38,472 nucleotides of DNA, taken from positions 1 to 38,472 of the forward strand of contig CAYSSL010000002.1 of NCBI GenBank assembly GCA_964433715.1. Direction: 5' to 3'. The DNA comes from an uncultured Candidatus Saccharibacteria bacterium (lineage in GTDB: Bacteria; Patescibacteriota; Minisyncoccia; Phycocordibacterales; XYD1-FULL-46-19). The notes beneath the pieces were generated by a model, which saw only the letters and a list, made by a program, of their open reading frames with translations, was not told the origin of the DNA and did no database searches. The translations under genes and the position numbers were made by a program. Shown here in pieces: positions 23,208 through 31,847 of the stretch (position 1 is its first letter; the number at the start of each line of letters is the position of its first letter).

Positions 23208-24221
23208 ATGTCCATCTTTACTAAAAAATTAGGAATTGATCTGGGTACAGCTAATACGCTGGTTTTTGTTCCTGGCCAAGGGATAGTTCTAAATGAGCCA
23301 TCGGTGGTGGCGGTGTCTGAGTTTGATAATAAGGTGGTGGCGGTGGGAAATGAAGCCAAAGATATGATTGGTAAAACGCCGGACAATATTCGCGCTTATC
23401 GACCAATGAAAGATGGGGTGATTGCTGACTATCGAGTGACCGAGGCGATGCTTAAATATTATATTTCAAAGGCTCTTGGTCCGTGGCATTTTTGGAAACC
23501 AGACGTCATGGTGTCAGTACCAGCGGGGGTAACCTCAACCGAGCGACGAGCGGTGATTGAGGCGGCGATGAAGGCTGGGGCAAAAAATGCCTATGTGGTG
23601 AAGGAGCCAATTCTGGCGGCGATTGGCGCCGGTATTCCGATCTATGAAGCCAAGGGTCATATGGTGGTAGATATTGGTGGTGGCACGACCGATGTGGCGG
23701 TAATTTCTCTGGGTGGCATTGTAGCTTCAACTTCGGTTAAATATGCGGGCAACAAAATTGATCAGGCGATCGCCGATTATATTAAAAAGACTTTCAACCT
23801 TGCTATTGGCGACAAGACGGCTGAAGAGGTAAAAATTGCCATTGGGTCAGCTATCCCCGTGGAAGAAGAAATTGCCTATGCTATTAAGGGTCGCGATTTT
23901 ATGACTGGTTTACCACGAACAGCCGAAATTAAAACCAATGAGATTGTGCGAGCTATTGATAATGAGTTAAGGGAAATTATTAAAGCCATAAAACATGTTT
24001 TTCAGGAGACACCACCAGAGCTTTCCCGCGATATTATTGAATCTGGTATTATTATGACTGGTGGCTCATCCCAGTTGCGCAACTTAACCGAGTTGGTTTT
24101 TAGGCGGACGGGGGTTAAGGCGGTTTTAGCTGATGAATCGCTCTATTGTGTGGTTAGAGGTACGGGGGTAGCCCTAGAGCATCTTGATACTTATAAAAAA
24201 AGTATTATTAGTAAAAAATAA
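23208..24221 (+). CDS. mreB: rod shape-determining actin homologue MreB (copy 1)
   Basis: Diagnostic motifs are LGIDLGTANTLVFV, MKDGVIADY, VVDIGGGTTDVAVISLGG and IIMTGGSSQLRNL. The ATG follows directly after the murA stop. Confidence 0.95.
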   Translation: MSIFTKKLGIDLGTANTLVFVPGQGIVLNEPSVVAVSEFDNKVVAVGNEAKDMIGKTPDNIRAYRPMKDGVIADYRVTEAMLKYYISKALGPWHFWKPDVMVSVPAGVTSTERRAVIEAAMKAGAKNAYVVKEPILAAIGAGIPIYEAKGHMVVDIGGGTTDVAVISLGGIVASTSVKYAGNKIDQAIADYIKKTFNLAIGDKTAEEVKIAIGSAIPVEEEIAYAIKGRDFMTGLPRTAEIKTNEIVRAIDNELREIIKAIKHVFQETPPELSRDIIESGIIMTGGSSQLRNLTELVFRRTGVKAVLADESLYCVVRGTGVALEHLDTYKKSIISKK

Positions 24222-24224
24222 GCA

Positions 24225-24890
24225 GTGCTAGTTTTTCCTTTAAGACATCATGCTTATATTGTAATTGGTGAACGGTCAGAGGTGCTGATCGATTTAAAGA
24301 GCCAATTATCAGAAAGTCTGGGTAAACCACTTGAGGGTCACCCTGATGTATTTATTGCCGATTATGATTTGCTAACAGTAGATAATAGTCGAAAATTAAA
24401 ATCTTTGGTTAGTGGTAAAGCTTTGGCGGGGGATAATAAATTTATTTTAGTCAGTATTGGTTCGGCTACTAATCAAGCTCAGAATGCTTTGTTAAAAGTA
24501 CTTGAAGAACCAACCTTGGGCACTTATATTTTTTTACTGGCTTCGTCCAAACAAATGTTTTTGCCCACTATCTTATCACGAGTTGAGGTGTTGTTTTGGC
24601 GGAGTGGGGGTGAAGTTAGGGCTAGTGATGAAGTGGTATCATTTTTAACCGCCACTGCCGGCAATAGGACGTCTTTAATTAATACTTGGCACAAAGAAGA
24701 ATTGCTAACTAAAAATTTTCTGGCTAGATTTTTGGATGGATTAGAATATTTGTCTATGCGGTCGGAGATGGCTTCATCTTGCCGTGGCCCTATTGTTTTG
24801 GCCCGTCGCTACCTATATGATTCTTCGGTTTTACCTAAATTAGTACTTGAATATTTGTCGGTAGCCCTACCGTCTATGACCAAAATATAA
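24225..24890 (+). CDS. holB: DNA polymerase III delta-prime-like clamp-loader subunit (short form, no Walker A)
   Basis: HHAYIVIG at the N-terminus and AQNALLKVLEEPTLGTYIFLLAS...LPTILSRV are present (SRC-type motif). The start is GTG at 24225. Confidence 0.6.
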   Translation: MLVFPLRHHAYIVIGERSEVLIDLKSQLSESLGKPLEGHPDVFIADYDLLTVDNSRKLKSLVSGKALAGDNKFILVSIGSATNQAQNALLKVLEEPTLGTYIFLLASSKQMFLPTILSRVEVLFWRSGGEVRASDEVVSFLTATAGNRTSLINTWHKEELLTKNFLARFLDGLEYLSMRSEMASSCRGPIVLARRYLYDSSVLPKLVLEYLSVALPSMTKI

Positions 24891-24893
24891 TCG

Positions 24894-24902
24894 TGCTATA
24901 AT
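24894..24902 (+). promoter_or_regulatory. extended -10 promoter (TGcTATAAT) positioned for a leaderless frr transcript
   Basis: TG is at 24894-24895 and TATAAT is at 24897-24902. Only 6 nt (cgtttt) separate the -10 from the frr ATG at 24909. Confidence 0.45.
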
Positions 24903-24908
24903 CGTTTT

Positions 24909-25460
24909 ATGTCCTACAATTTTTCCATTTTTAATAATCGAGCGGGGGAAATAGAAGAATGGCTCAAGAAAGAATATTCTTCTGTTCGTACTGGTAAAGC
25001 TTCGCCCCTACTTTTAGATAGCGTTTTTGTTGAATCTTATGGCTCACGAGTGCCGGTTAAACATATTGCAGCTATATCTATTGAGGATGCTAGAACCTTG
25101 CGGATATCTCCTTGGGAAAAATCTCAAATCCGAGATATTGAATCGGCTATTGCAGCTGCCAATCTGGGTGTTTCTACTTCTCCTGATTCCACCAGTATTA
25201 GAGTAATTTTTCCTGATCTGACAAGTGAAAGGCGCGAGTCCCTAAAGAAGGTCATAAAAGAAAAAATGGAAGAAGCCAAGGTCTCAATTAAGAAAGAGCG
25301 GGAGCGAGTAATTGGTGACATTGAGGCTAAGGCTAAAAGTAAAGAAATAAGTGAAGACGACAAGTTTAATATTAAAGATGAACTACAAAAGTTGGTTGAA
25401 AGCTTTGGCGGTCGCCTAGAAGCTATTGCTCTATCAAAAGAAGAAGAAATAAGTAAATAA
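24909..25460 (+). CDS. frr: ribosome recycling factor
   Basis: SSVRTGKASPLLLDSVFVESYGS, ISPWEKS and LTSERRESLKKVIKEKMEEAKVSIKKERE are present. Length is 183 aa. Confidence 0.95.
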   Translation: MSYNFSIFNNRAGEIEEWLKKEYSSVRTGKASPLLLDSVFVESYGSRVPVKHIAAISIEDARTLRISPWEKSQIRDIESAIAAANLGVSTSPDSTSIRVIFPDLTSERRESLKKVIKEKMEEAKVSIKKERERVIGDIEAKAKSKEISEDDKFNIKDELQKLVESFGGRLEAIALSKEEEISK

Positions 25461-25478
25461 TCCCATCTTGCCACTTCT

Positions 25479-26573
25479 ATGACTATAATAATTTTTATTG
25501 TTATAATTGCATTTTTAGTCTTTATTCATGAATTAGGTCATTTTTCGGCCGCTAAATTGTTTGGGGTACGGGTCGACGAATTTGGGATTGGTTTTCCTCC
25601 GCGATTATTATCTTGGAAAAAAGGGGAAACACTTTACTCTTTAAATTTTATTCCTTTCGGTGGTTTTGTTCGCATCTTTGGTGAAAATCCTAATGAAGAA
25701 TCTGAACATGGTCAGGATCGGGCTAGAAGCTTAACCGCCAAGCCTTACTATCAACAAGCTCTAATCTTGGTTGGTGGTGTGTTTTTTAATTGGTTATTGG
25801 CGTGGCTACTTATTTCAATTGGTTTTATGTCTGGATTGCCAATGGCAGCTGATGGCGCTAAAAAAGAAGGGCTTATTTTAGATGATATAAGTACGATGGT
25901 ACTTCAGGTGAGCAAGGAATCACCAGCTGCTCTTGCTGGTCTTAAACCGGGAGACAAAATAATAGCTATTAAGTCGGGGTTGGCTGTAAAAACCAATCCA
26001 ACCGTGGCTGAATTTCAAGATATTATTAGAACTTCTGCTGGCGAAGTGGTGGTGGACTATGAAAGGGGAGGCGATGTTCAGCAAGTTTTTATTAAACCAT
26101 TGATTGGCTTAACCGCTGAAGGAAAAGCGATTGGTGTGGCTTTGGATCAAGTTGGTAACCTTCAATTAAATCCGCTTTCTGCTTTATGGTATGGTTTTGG
26201 TCGCACCTTTGATATGACCAGAGATCTAACATTAGGCTTAAAAGATATCATAGTTGGTTTATTTTCTGGAGACAATGTCAAAGAAGCGGTAATGGGGCCG
26301 GTCGGTATTGCGGGGCTCGTGGGAGACGCTAGAGCTTTGGGAATAATTTATCTGCTTACTTTTGCGGCTTTTATTTCTTTAGATTTGGCAATTATTAACC
26401 TCATTCCTTTCCCAGCTCTTGATGGTGGTCGGTTGCTTTTTCTCCTGATTGAAGCGGTTAAAGGTTCTCCGATAAAGCCAATTGTGGCTAATTCTCTAAA
26501 CGCCGTCGGGTTTCTTCTTTTAATTGGTTTAATGCTTCTGGTTACGATTTTTGATGTCTTGCGTTTATTCTAG
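25479..26573 (+). CDS. rseP: site-2 (M50) intramembrane zinc metalloprotease RseP with a PDZ domain
   Basis: HELGHF is at the N-terminus. The PDZ stretch is SPAALAGLKPGDKIIAI. The C-terminal motif is NLIPFPALDGG. Confidence 0.9.
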   Translation: MTIIIFIVIIAFLVFIHELGHFSAAKLFGVRVDEFGIGFPPRLLSWKKGETLYSLNFIPFGGFVRIFGENPNEESEHGQDRARSLTAKPYYQQALILVGGVFFNWLLAWLLISIGFMSGLPMAADGAKKEGLILDDISTMVLQVSKESPAALAGLKPGDKIIAIKSGLAVKTNPTVAEFQDIIRTSAGEVVVDYERGGDVQQVFIKPLIGLTAEGKAIGVALDQVGNLQLNPLSALWYGFGRTFDMTRDLTLGLKDIIVGLFSGDNVKEAVMGPVGIAGLVGDARALGIIYLLTFAAFISLDLAIINLIPFPALDGGRLLFLLIEAVKGSPIKPIVANSLNAVGFLLLIGLMLLVTIFDVLRLF

Positions 26574-26611
26574 TTTATTCCGTTAGGGTAGAACTTTTAG
26601 TAGGGGATAAT

Positions 26612-26645
26612 AAAAAATAGCCCATGTCAAATAGGGCTATTTTTT
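26612..26645 (+). terminator. intrinsic terminator after rseP
   Basis: AAAAAATAGCCC (26612-26623) pairs with GGGCTATTTTTT (26634-26645) around a 10-nt loop. Confidence 0.75.
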
Positions 26646-26672
26646 GACCGCGACCCTTCTTTCCATTATGAT
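26644..26672 (+). promoter_or_regulatory. candidate sigma70-type promoter for proS
   Basis: TTGACC (26644-26649), a 17-nt spacer, then TATGAT (26667-26672). The -10 ends 11 nt before the ATG at 26684. The TTG track start at 26672 lies inside the -10 element. Confidence 0.5.
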
Positions 26673-26683
26673 TGAAGGTACTT

Positions 26684-27934
26684 ATGTACCAAAGCCAATT
26701 GTTTACTAAAACCCGCCGTGAGGATCCGGCCGACGAAACCTCCAAAAATGCCAAACTTTTAATTCGGGCTGGTTTCATCCACAAAGAGATGGCGGGAGTT
26801 TATTCGTATTTACCACTAGGTTTGCGGGTACTGGAAAAAATTAAACACATTATTAGAGAAGAGATGAATATGATAAGAGGTCAGGAACTAACTCTGACAG
26901 CTCTTCAAGATAAAGATTTGTGGGAAAAAACTGATCGTTGGGACGATGACAAGGTTGATATTTGGTTTAAGACCAAATTAAAAAATGGGACTGAACTAGG
27001 TCTTGGTATGAGTCACGAGGAACCGCTAGTGGCAATTATGCGTGATCATATAAAGTCTTACCGTGACCTGCCGGTGTCGGCTTATCAGTTGCAGAATAAG
27101 TTTAGAAACGAATTGCGCGCTAAATCCGGTATTATGCGTGGACGGGAATTTATGATGAAAGATATGTATTCTTTTCATACCGATGAAGAGAGTTTAGACG
27201 CTTATTATCATGAGGTAGAAGAAGCTTATGAACGTATTTATAAACGAGTTGGTCTCGGTGATATGACCTATAAAACTCTGGCCTCTGGTGGTATTTTTAC
27301 CAAATCAAGTCATGAGTATCAAACATTGTCAGAAGCAGGTGAAGACGTGATTTATATCTCTCGCGACAAGAAAATTGCTATCAATGAGGAAGTTTACACC
27401 GAAGAAGCTTTGGCTGAATTAGGGCTCTCGCGAGGTGATTTGGAGATGGTAAAGGCGATTGAAGTCGGCAACATCTTTAAACTGGGCACACGGTATTCTG
27501 AGCCTTTAGCCCTGTCTTATTTAGATGAATCTGGTAAATCTCACCCAGTGATTATGGGTTGTTATGGTATTGGTATAACTCGCTTGATGGGGACCATCGT
27601 AGAGGTGTTGGCCGATGAAGGTGGTTTGGTTTGGCCAGCTTCGGTATCGCCCTTCTCTGTTCATATTGTTACTTTGGGGACATCAGATTCTGTCCTCAAA
27701 TCAGCTTCCGAATTGTATGAACTTCTGACTAAAGAAGGGGTTGAGGTTTTGTATGACGATCGGGACTTGTCGGCTGGTGAAAAACTATCTGACGCCGATC
27801 TTTTGGGTAATCCCTTGCGAGTGGTGGTTAGTGAAAAGACAGTAGCTGGTGGTAAATTTGAAGTCAAACGTCGTCAAAGCGGGGAGGTAGAATTTTTGAC
27901 GGCTTCCGAATTGATAGCTCAGGCTGCTCGTTAG
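26684..27934 (+). CDS. proS: prolyl-tRNA synthetase, bacterial-like and lacking the INS editing domain
   Basis: MYQSQLFTKTRRE...LLIRAGFI is the ProRS N-terminus. The motif 2 region is FRNELRAKSGIMRGREFMMKDMYSF. EVGNIFKLGTRYS and GCYGIGITRL are present, followed by a C-terminal anticodon-binding domain. Length from the ATG at 26684 is 416 aa. Confidence 0.9.
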   Translation: MYQSQLFTKTRREDPADETSKNAKLLIRAGFIHKEMAGVYSYLPLGLRVLEKIKHIIREEMNMIRGQELTLTALQDKDLWEKTDRWDDDKVDIWFKTKLKNGTELGLGMSHEEPLVAIMRDHIKSYRDLPVSAYQLQNKFRNELRAKSGIMRGREFMMKDMYSFHTDEESLDAYYHEVEEAYERIYKRVGLGDMTYKTLASGGIFTKSSHEYQTLSEAGEDVIYISRDKKIAINEEVYTEEALAELGLSRGDLEMVKAIEVGNIFKLGTRYSEPLALSYLDESGKSHPVIMGCYGIGITRLMGTIVEVLADEGGLVWPASVSPFSVHIVTLGTSDSVLKSASELYELLTKEGVEVLYDDRDLSAGEKLSDADLLGNPLRVVVSEKTVAGGKFEVKRRQSGEVEFLTASELIAQAAR

Positions 27935-27973
27935 TTAGCTTTTAGTTAAATTTGATTTAATACATACTCCACT

Positions 27974-29026
27974 ATGATGGACCGTTTTAGAGAAATGATG
28001 TCGCATGATATTGGTATAGATTTGGGTACAGCTAGTACCCTTATTTATGTTCGTGGTAGCGGCATTGTTATGATTGAACCCTCTATTGTGGCCTTAAACC
28101 AAAAGACTGGTCGGGTGGTGGCCGTAGGAGAAGACGCTAGTCAAATGATTGGTCGGACGCCGGCTCATATCACTGCTGTTCGTCCTCTTGAAAATGGGGT
28201 TATTTCTAACTTTGAGGTAGCAGAAGAAATGTTGGCTTATTTTTTACGTAAGGCTACAAGTGACTTGCCGCGTAAATTTTTTAGGCCACGAGTGGTGATT
28301 GGTGTGCCGTCGGGTATTACAAATGTAGAAAGACGGGCGGTTCGTGATGCGGTTAAAAATGCGGGTGCCGGAGAGGTTTTTATTATTGAAGAACCAATGT
28401 CGGCGGCTTTAGGTATTCGTTTACCGGTGCACGATCCGGTGGGTACCATGATTATAGATATGGGTGGCGGTACGACCGATATTGCTGTCATTTCTCTGGG
28501 GGGAGTGGTAAATGCTAAAAATCTTCATATTGCTGGTGAAAAACTCAATCAGGATATTATTGGTTATGTACGAGATGAGTTTAAAATTTTATTAGGTGAA
28601 AGGACGGCGGAAGAAGTAAAAGTAGCAATCGGTTCAGTTTTAAAATTAGAGGCTCCGCTTGAGGCTGCTATTCGTGGTCGTGATCTGGTTACCGGCTTGC
28701 CGCGAGAGGTGATTATTACTGACTCAGATATTCGCGAAGCTATTCATGATTCAATTATGCAATTGGTGGAAGCGGTTAAAGAGGTTTTAGAATCAACTCC
28801 ACCTGAAGTTATTTCTGATATAATGCATCGTGGTATTGTGTTGGTTGGTGGTGGGGCACAATTGGCCGGTATTAAAAAGTTGTTAGAGCGTGAGCTACAT
28901 ATACCCATTCATCTAGTAGATGAACCTTATAGTGCTGTAGTGCGAGGCGCTGGTATTGTTTTAGAAAATCTTGAATTACATCGCGATATTTTGATGGACA
29001 ATGAAGATGAATTACCTCCTAGATAA
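27974..29026 (+). CDS. mreB: rod shape-determining actin homologue MreB (copy 2)
   Basis: Diagnostic motifs are IGIDLGTASTLIYV, LENGVISNF, IIDMGGGTTDIAVISLGG and IVLVGGGAQLAGI. It is followed by mreC, mreD and mrdA. Confidence 0.95.
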   Translation: MMDRFREMMSHDIGIDLGTASTLIYVRGSGIVMIEPSIVALNQKTGRVVAVGEDASQMIGRTPAHITAVRPLENGVISNFEVAEEMLAYFLRKATSDLPRKFFRPRVVIGVPSGITNVERRAVRDAVKNAGAGEVFIIEEPMSAALGIRLPVHDPVGTMIIDMGGGTTDIAVISLGGVVNAKNLHIAGEKLNQDIIGYVRDEFKILLGERTAEEVKVAIGSVLKLEAPLEAAIRGRDLVTGLPREVIITDSDIREAIHDSIMQLVEAVKEVLESTPPEVISDIMHRGIVLVGGGAQLAGIKKLLERELHIPIHLVDEPYSAVVRGAGIVLENLELHRDILMDNEDELPPR

Positions 29027-29831
29027 GAAGACTGTCTTTTCCAATTCTCCTCGTCGCCGTTATCAGGACAATTGGTTTTTTCTGGTGGTAGTCATTTTGG
29101 TTTTACTAATTGGCGGGCCCATTTTGTATAAAATTTTTTCGGCACCAGCGACTCAGCTGGTCGGACATGGGCGCAATCAGACAGCGGGTTTTGTTAGTGC
29201 TTTGGCTCATGACTTTAAGTTTTTCTCGTCCAAAGAGTCTCTGGTGGCAGAAAATTATAAATTAAAAGAGGAGCTAAAGAAGGCGTCAGCTTTAGGTTTA
29301 AGTTTGCGGGCGGAACTAGAAGAATATCGGGCTTTAGACTCGGCTATTGGCCACTCCTTAGCTGCCAGCTCCTCAACTCTTGTGGGTAAGGTTTTAGCTC
29401 CGATTGGTTTGTTTAATTACGATTCTCTATTGATAGACTTGGGGCGTAAAAATAGCCCAACTCTGGGTGCGGGGGATTTAGTGGTGGCTACTAATAATAT
29501 AATTTTAGGCGAGGTGGTTGAAGTTGGTGCTTTGACTACTAAAGTTAAGCTATATTCAACTGCGGGTCGAAAAACTTCGGTGTTGATTGGAGAAGAAAAT
29601 ATTGTTGGACTAGCAACGGGCCAAGGTGGTGGTAACTATTTGGTTACCTTGCCGGCCGGCAGTATGGTGGTACACAACGACATCGTTAGAGCTAGTCGCA
29701 ATGGTCGAGAGTATATTTTAGGTTTGGTGGGAGCGGTAGATAAAAACGATGAAACTCCTTTTCAAAAGGTTTTTATTAAAATACCACTAAATATTTACGA
29801 GTTACGTTTTGTTCAAATACATGATCGCTAG
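29001..29831 (+). CDS. mreC: rod shape-determining protein MreC
   Basis: The N-terminal TM is WFFLVVVILVLLIGGPIL. A coiled-coil stretch follows (ENYKLKEELKKASALGLSLRAELEEYRAL). The beta-domain pattern is GDLVVATNNIILGEVVEV...KVKLYS...SVLIG. Its position is directly after mreB, overlapping it by 26 nt. Confidence 0.7.
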   Translation: MKMNYLLDKKTVFSNSPRRRYQDNWFFLVVVILVLLIGGPILYKIFSAPATQLVGHGRNQTAGFVSALAHDFKFFSSKESLVAENYKLKEELKKASALGLSLRAELEEYRALDSAIGHSLAASSSTLVGKVLAPIGLFNYDSLLIDLGRKNSPTLGAGDLVVATNNIILGEVVEVGALTTKVKLYSTAGRKTSVLIGEENIVGLATGQGGGNYLVTLPAGSMVVHNDIVRASRNGREYILGLVGAVDKNDETPFQKVFIKIPLNIYELRFVQIHDR

Positions 29832-30084
29832 AATTTTTTGGGCAATAGTTATGTTGGTCTCACTATTGTTTCTACCGGGGTCATTTTTGTTAATTTTTTC
29901 GATATTAGGAGCATTGTTATTTCCGGTATATTTAGAGGGGGTGCTGTTGGTTTTTATTTGGGAATTAGCGGTTTCGTCACCACCTATTAATTTCTTTTTT
30001 TATTTTCCAGCCACTATTACCGTGCTCATTGCCATCCTTTTGGGGCATTTCGTTAAGGGCCACCTCATCCTGTATAATCATTAA
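29821..30084 (+). CDS. mreD: small polytopic membrane protein in the MreD position
   Basis: It is 87 aa from the ATG at 29821 (the track start at 29809 is TTG). It has three hydrophobic segments and sits between mreC and mrdA. The call rests on position only. Confidence 0.4.
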   Translation: MIARIFWAIVMLVSLLFLPGSFLLIFSILGALLFPVYLEGVLLVFIWELAVSSPPINFFFYFPATITVLIAILLGHFVKGHLILYNH

Positions 30085-30087
30085 ACA

Positions 30088-31764
30088 ATGTGGTATTTAT
30101 GGCGCCAAATCTTGAAGTTTAAAAAGCGTTCAAGGGTTTTAGATCCGGACGAGATTTTTCTTGATTCTCGCAATTTACCATCTTTTAATACTCAACAATT
30201 TGAGGGGATGATTGAGCGACCGATTTCTAAACAATCCCTTATGTTTGCCAGTGTGGTTTTTTTGATTGTCGGTCTTATTTTTGCCGGCCGGATTGGTTTT
30301 TTGCAGGTAATACAAGGGGGGTCTTTTGCACTGAGGAGTAATCAAAATAGGCTTCATCACACTTTGGTATTTGCCGATCGGGGTATTATCTACGATCGCA
30401 ACGGTATTCAATTGGCTTGGAATGATCCAGATCGTAAATATATTAAAAGTGAAGGTTTTTCGCACATTCTTGGTTATATTGGTTTTCCTACTGAAATTGA
30501 GCTTAAGGAAAAAGATTTTGATCCCAAAGAATATATGGGCAAGTCAGGAGTAGAAAATACTTTTAATGATGTTTTGATGGGTGAAAAAGGAGTAAAAATA
30601 GAGGAAGTAGATGCCCGAGGAAAAATAGAGTCTGATCATGTGTTAAAAGTGGCAAAGCCCGGTGATAGTGTCACAATTTCCATTGACTCACGGGTGCAAG
30701 CCGAGCTTTACCGTATTATCAAAGAGATTGCTTTTGATCATGGCTTTACAGGGGCCGCGGCGGTGGTGATGGATATTAAAACCGGTGAGCTTATTGCTCT
30801 AGCCTCTTACCCTGAATTTGATTCAAATATTATGGCGACCGGCAAAGATCGAGCGACTATTAATAAGTTTTTAAATGATTCGGGTAATCTTTTTCTAAAC
30901 CGGCCCGTTTCTGGTTTATATACCCCTGGTTCAACGATTAAACCTTATATTGGTTTAGCAGCTTTGGCTGAAAATATTATTAGCCCAAGTAAAACTATTT
31001 TCTCTTCTGGTCGTTTGGTGGTACCCAATCCTTATTTTCCCGACAAGCCGAGTATTTTCCCCGACAACAAGGCGCACGGAGCGGTGGATATGAGGCGGGC
31101 TTTAGCGGTCTCATCTAATGTTTATTTTTATACTATTGGTGGCGGGTTTGGTTCTCAGACGGGTCTTGGTATTAAAAAGATTGATCAATATAGCCAACTC
31201 TTTGGTTTTGGTGAGGTTACTGGAATAGAACTAAATGCTGAGGCGGCCGGGGTAGTGCCTAGTCCCGCTTGGAAAGAAAAAGTCTTTCCGGGGGAGCCGT
31301 GGCGTTTGGGTAATACTTATCATACTTCTATTGGTCAGTATGGATATCTGGTCACTCCACTACAAGTTGCACGCGCAGCTGCAATGATTGCAAGTGGTGG
31401 CAAGGTCTTGAAGCCAACTTTGATAGCTCGACCAAAAACCAATACCATTGAACGCACCCTTAAAATAGATCAAGCCGATTTCCAAGTAATTCAAGAGGGG
31501 ATGAGACAAACGGTGACCAATGGTACTGGTATTGTGTTGAATACTCCCAATGTGAAAGTGGCAGCTAAGTCTGGTACCGCTCAGGTAGCTTCGGAAACGA
31601 GAATTAATGCTTGGATAAGTGGTTATTTTCCCTACGACAACCCCCGCTATTCTTTCACGGTGGTAATGGAAAGTGGCCCCCTTACTACCAACGCTGGTGG
31701 TGGTATGGTAATGAGGCGGTTGTTAGACTGGATGGCGATATATACACCAGAATATTTGAGGTAG
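30088..31764 (+). CDS. mrdA: penicillin-binding protein 2 (class B transpeptidase, elongasome)
   Basis: The TM anchor is followed by SXXK as GSTIKP, SXN as SSNVYFY and K[ST]G as KSGTAQ. It follows mreBCD. Confidence 0.9.
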   Translation: MWYLWRQILKFKKRSRVLDPDEIFLDSRNLPSFNTQQFEGMIERPISKQSLMFASVVFLIVGLIFAGRIGFLQVIQGGSFALRSNQNRLHHTLVFADRGIIYDRNGIQLAWNDPDRKYIKSEGFSHILGYIGFPTEIELKEKDFDPKEYMGKSGVENTFNDVLMGEKGVKIEEVDARGKIESDHVLKVAKPGDSVTISIDSRVQAELYRIIKEIAFDHGFTGAAAVVMDIKTGELIALASYPEFDSNIMATGKDRATINKFLNDSGNLFLNRPVSGLYTPGSTIKPYIGLAALAENIISPSKTIFSSGRLVVPNPYFPDKPSIFPDNKAHGAVDMRRALAVSSNVYFYTIGGGFGSQTGLGIKKIDQYSQLFGFGEVTGIELNAEAAGVVPSPAWKEKVFPGEPWRLGNTYHTSIGQYGYLVTPLQVARAAAMIASGGKVLKPTLIARPKTNTIERTLKIDQADFQVIQEGMRQTVTNGTGIVLNTPNVKVAAKSGTAQVASETRINAWISGYFPYDNPRYSFTVVMESGPLTTNAGGGMVMRRLLDWMAIYTPEYLR

Positions 31765-31775
31765 AATAAGCCTTT

Positions 31776-31804
31776 TTGACTAAGGATTAAAAATACTATA
31801 TACT
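31776..31804 (+). promoter_or_regulatory. candidate sigma70-type promoter for greA
   Basis: TTGACT (31776-31781), a 17-nt spacer, then TATACT (31799-31804). It is about 43 nt upstream of the greA ATG at 31848. Confidence 0.5.
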
Positions 31805-31847
31805 AGCCGTACTTTTCGGAGGAAAATTTATATTTAACCTTGAAATA

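Noticed and set aside
26672-26683. TTG at 26672 as the proS start, as given in the ORF track
   Set aside because: The TTG lies inside the TATGAT -10 element. The ATG at 26684 gives the canonical ProRS N-terminus MYQSQLFTKT.
26575-26784. 69-aa minus-strand ORF between rseP and proS
   Set aside because: It covers the rseP terminator hairpin, the proS promoter candidate and the proS 5' end, so it is most likely spurious.
23208-29026. The second mreB copy as an assembly duplication or chimeric join
   Set aside because: The two copies differ at about half of the aligned positions. They have different flanking genes and different C-termini, so they are genuine paralogues as far as the sequence can show.
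31817-31822. GGAGG in the greA leader as its ribosome-binding site
   Set aside because: It lies about 26 nt upstream of the ATG at 31848, which is too far for SD function. No in-frame alternative start follows it, because the nearby TTG runs into a stop after two codons.
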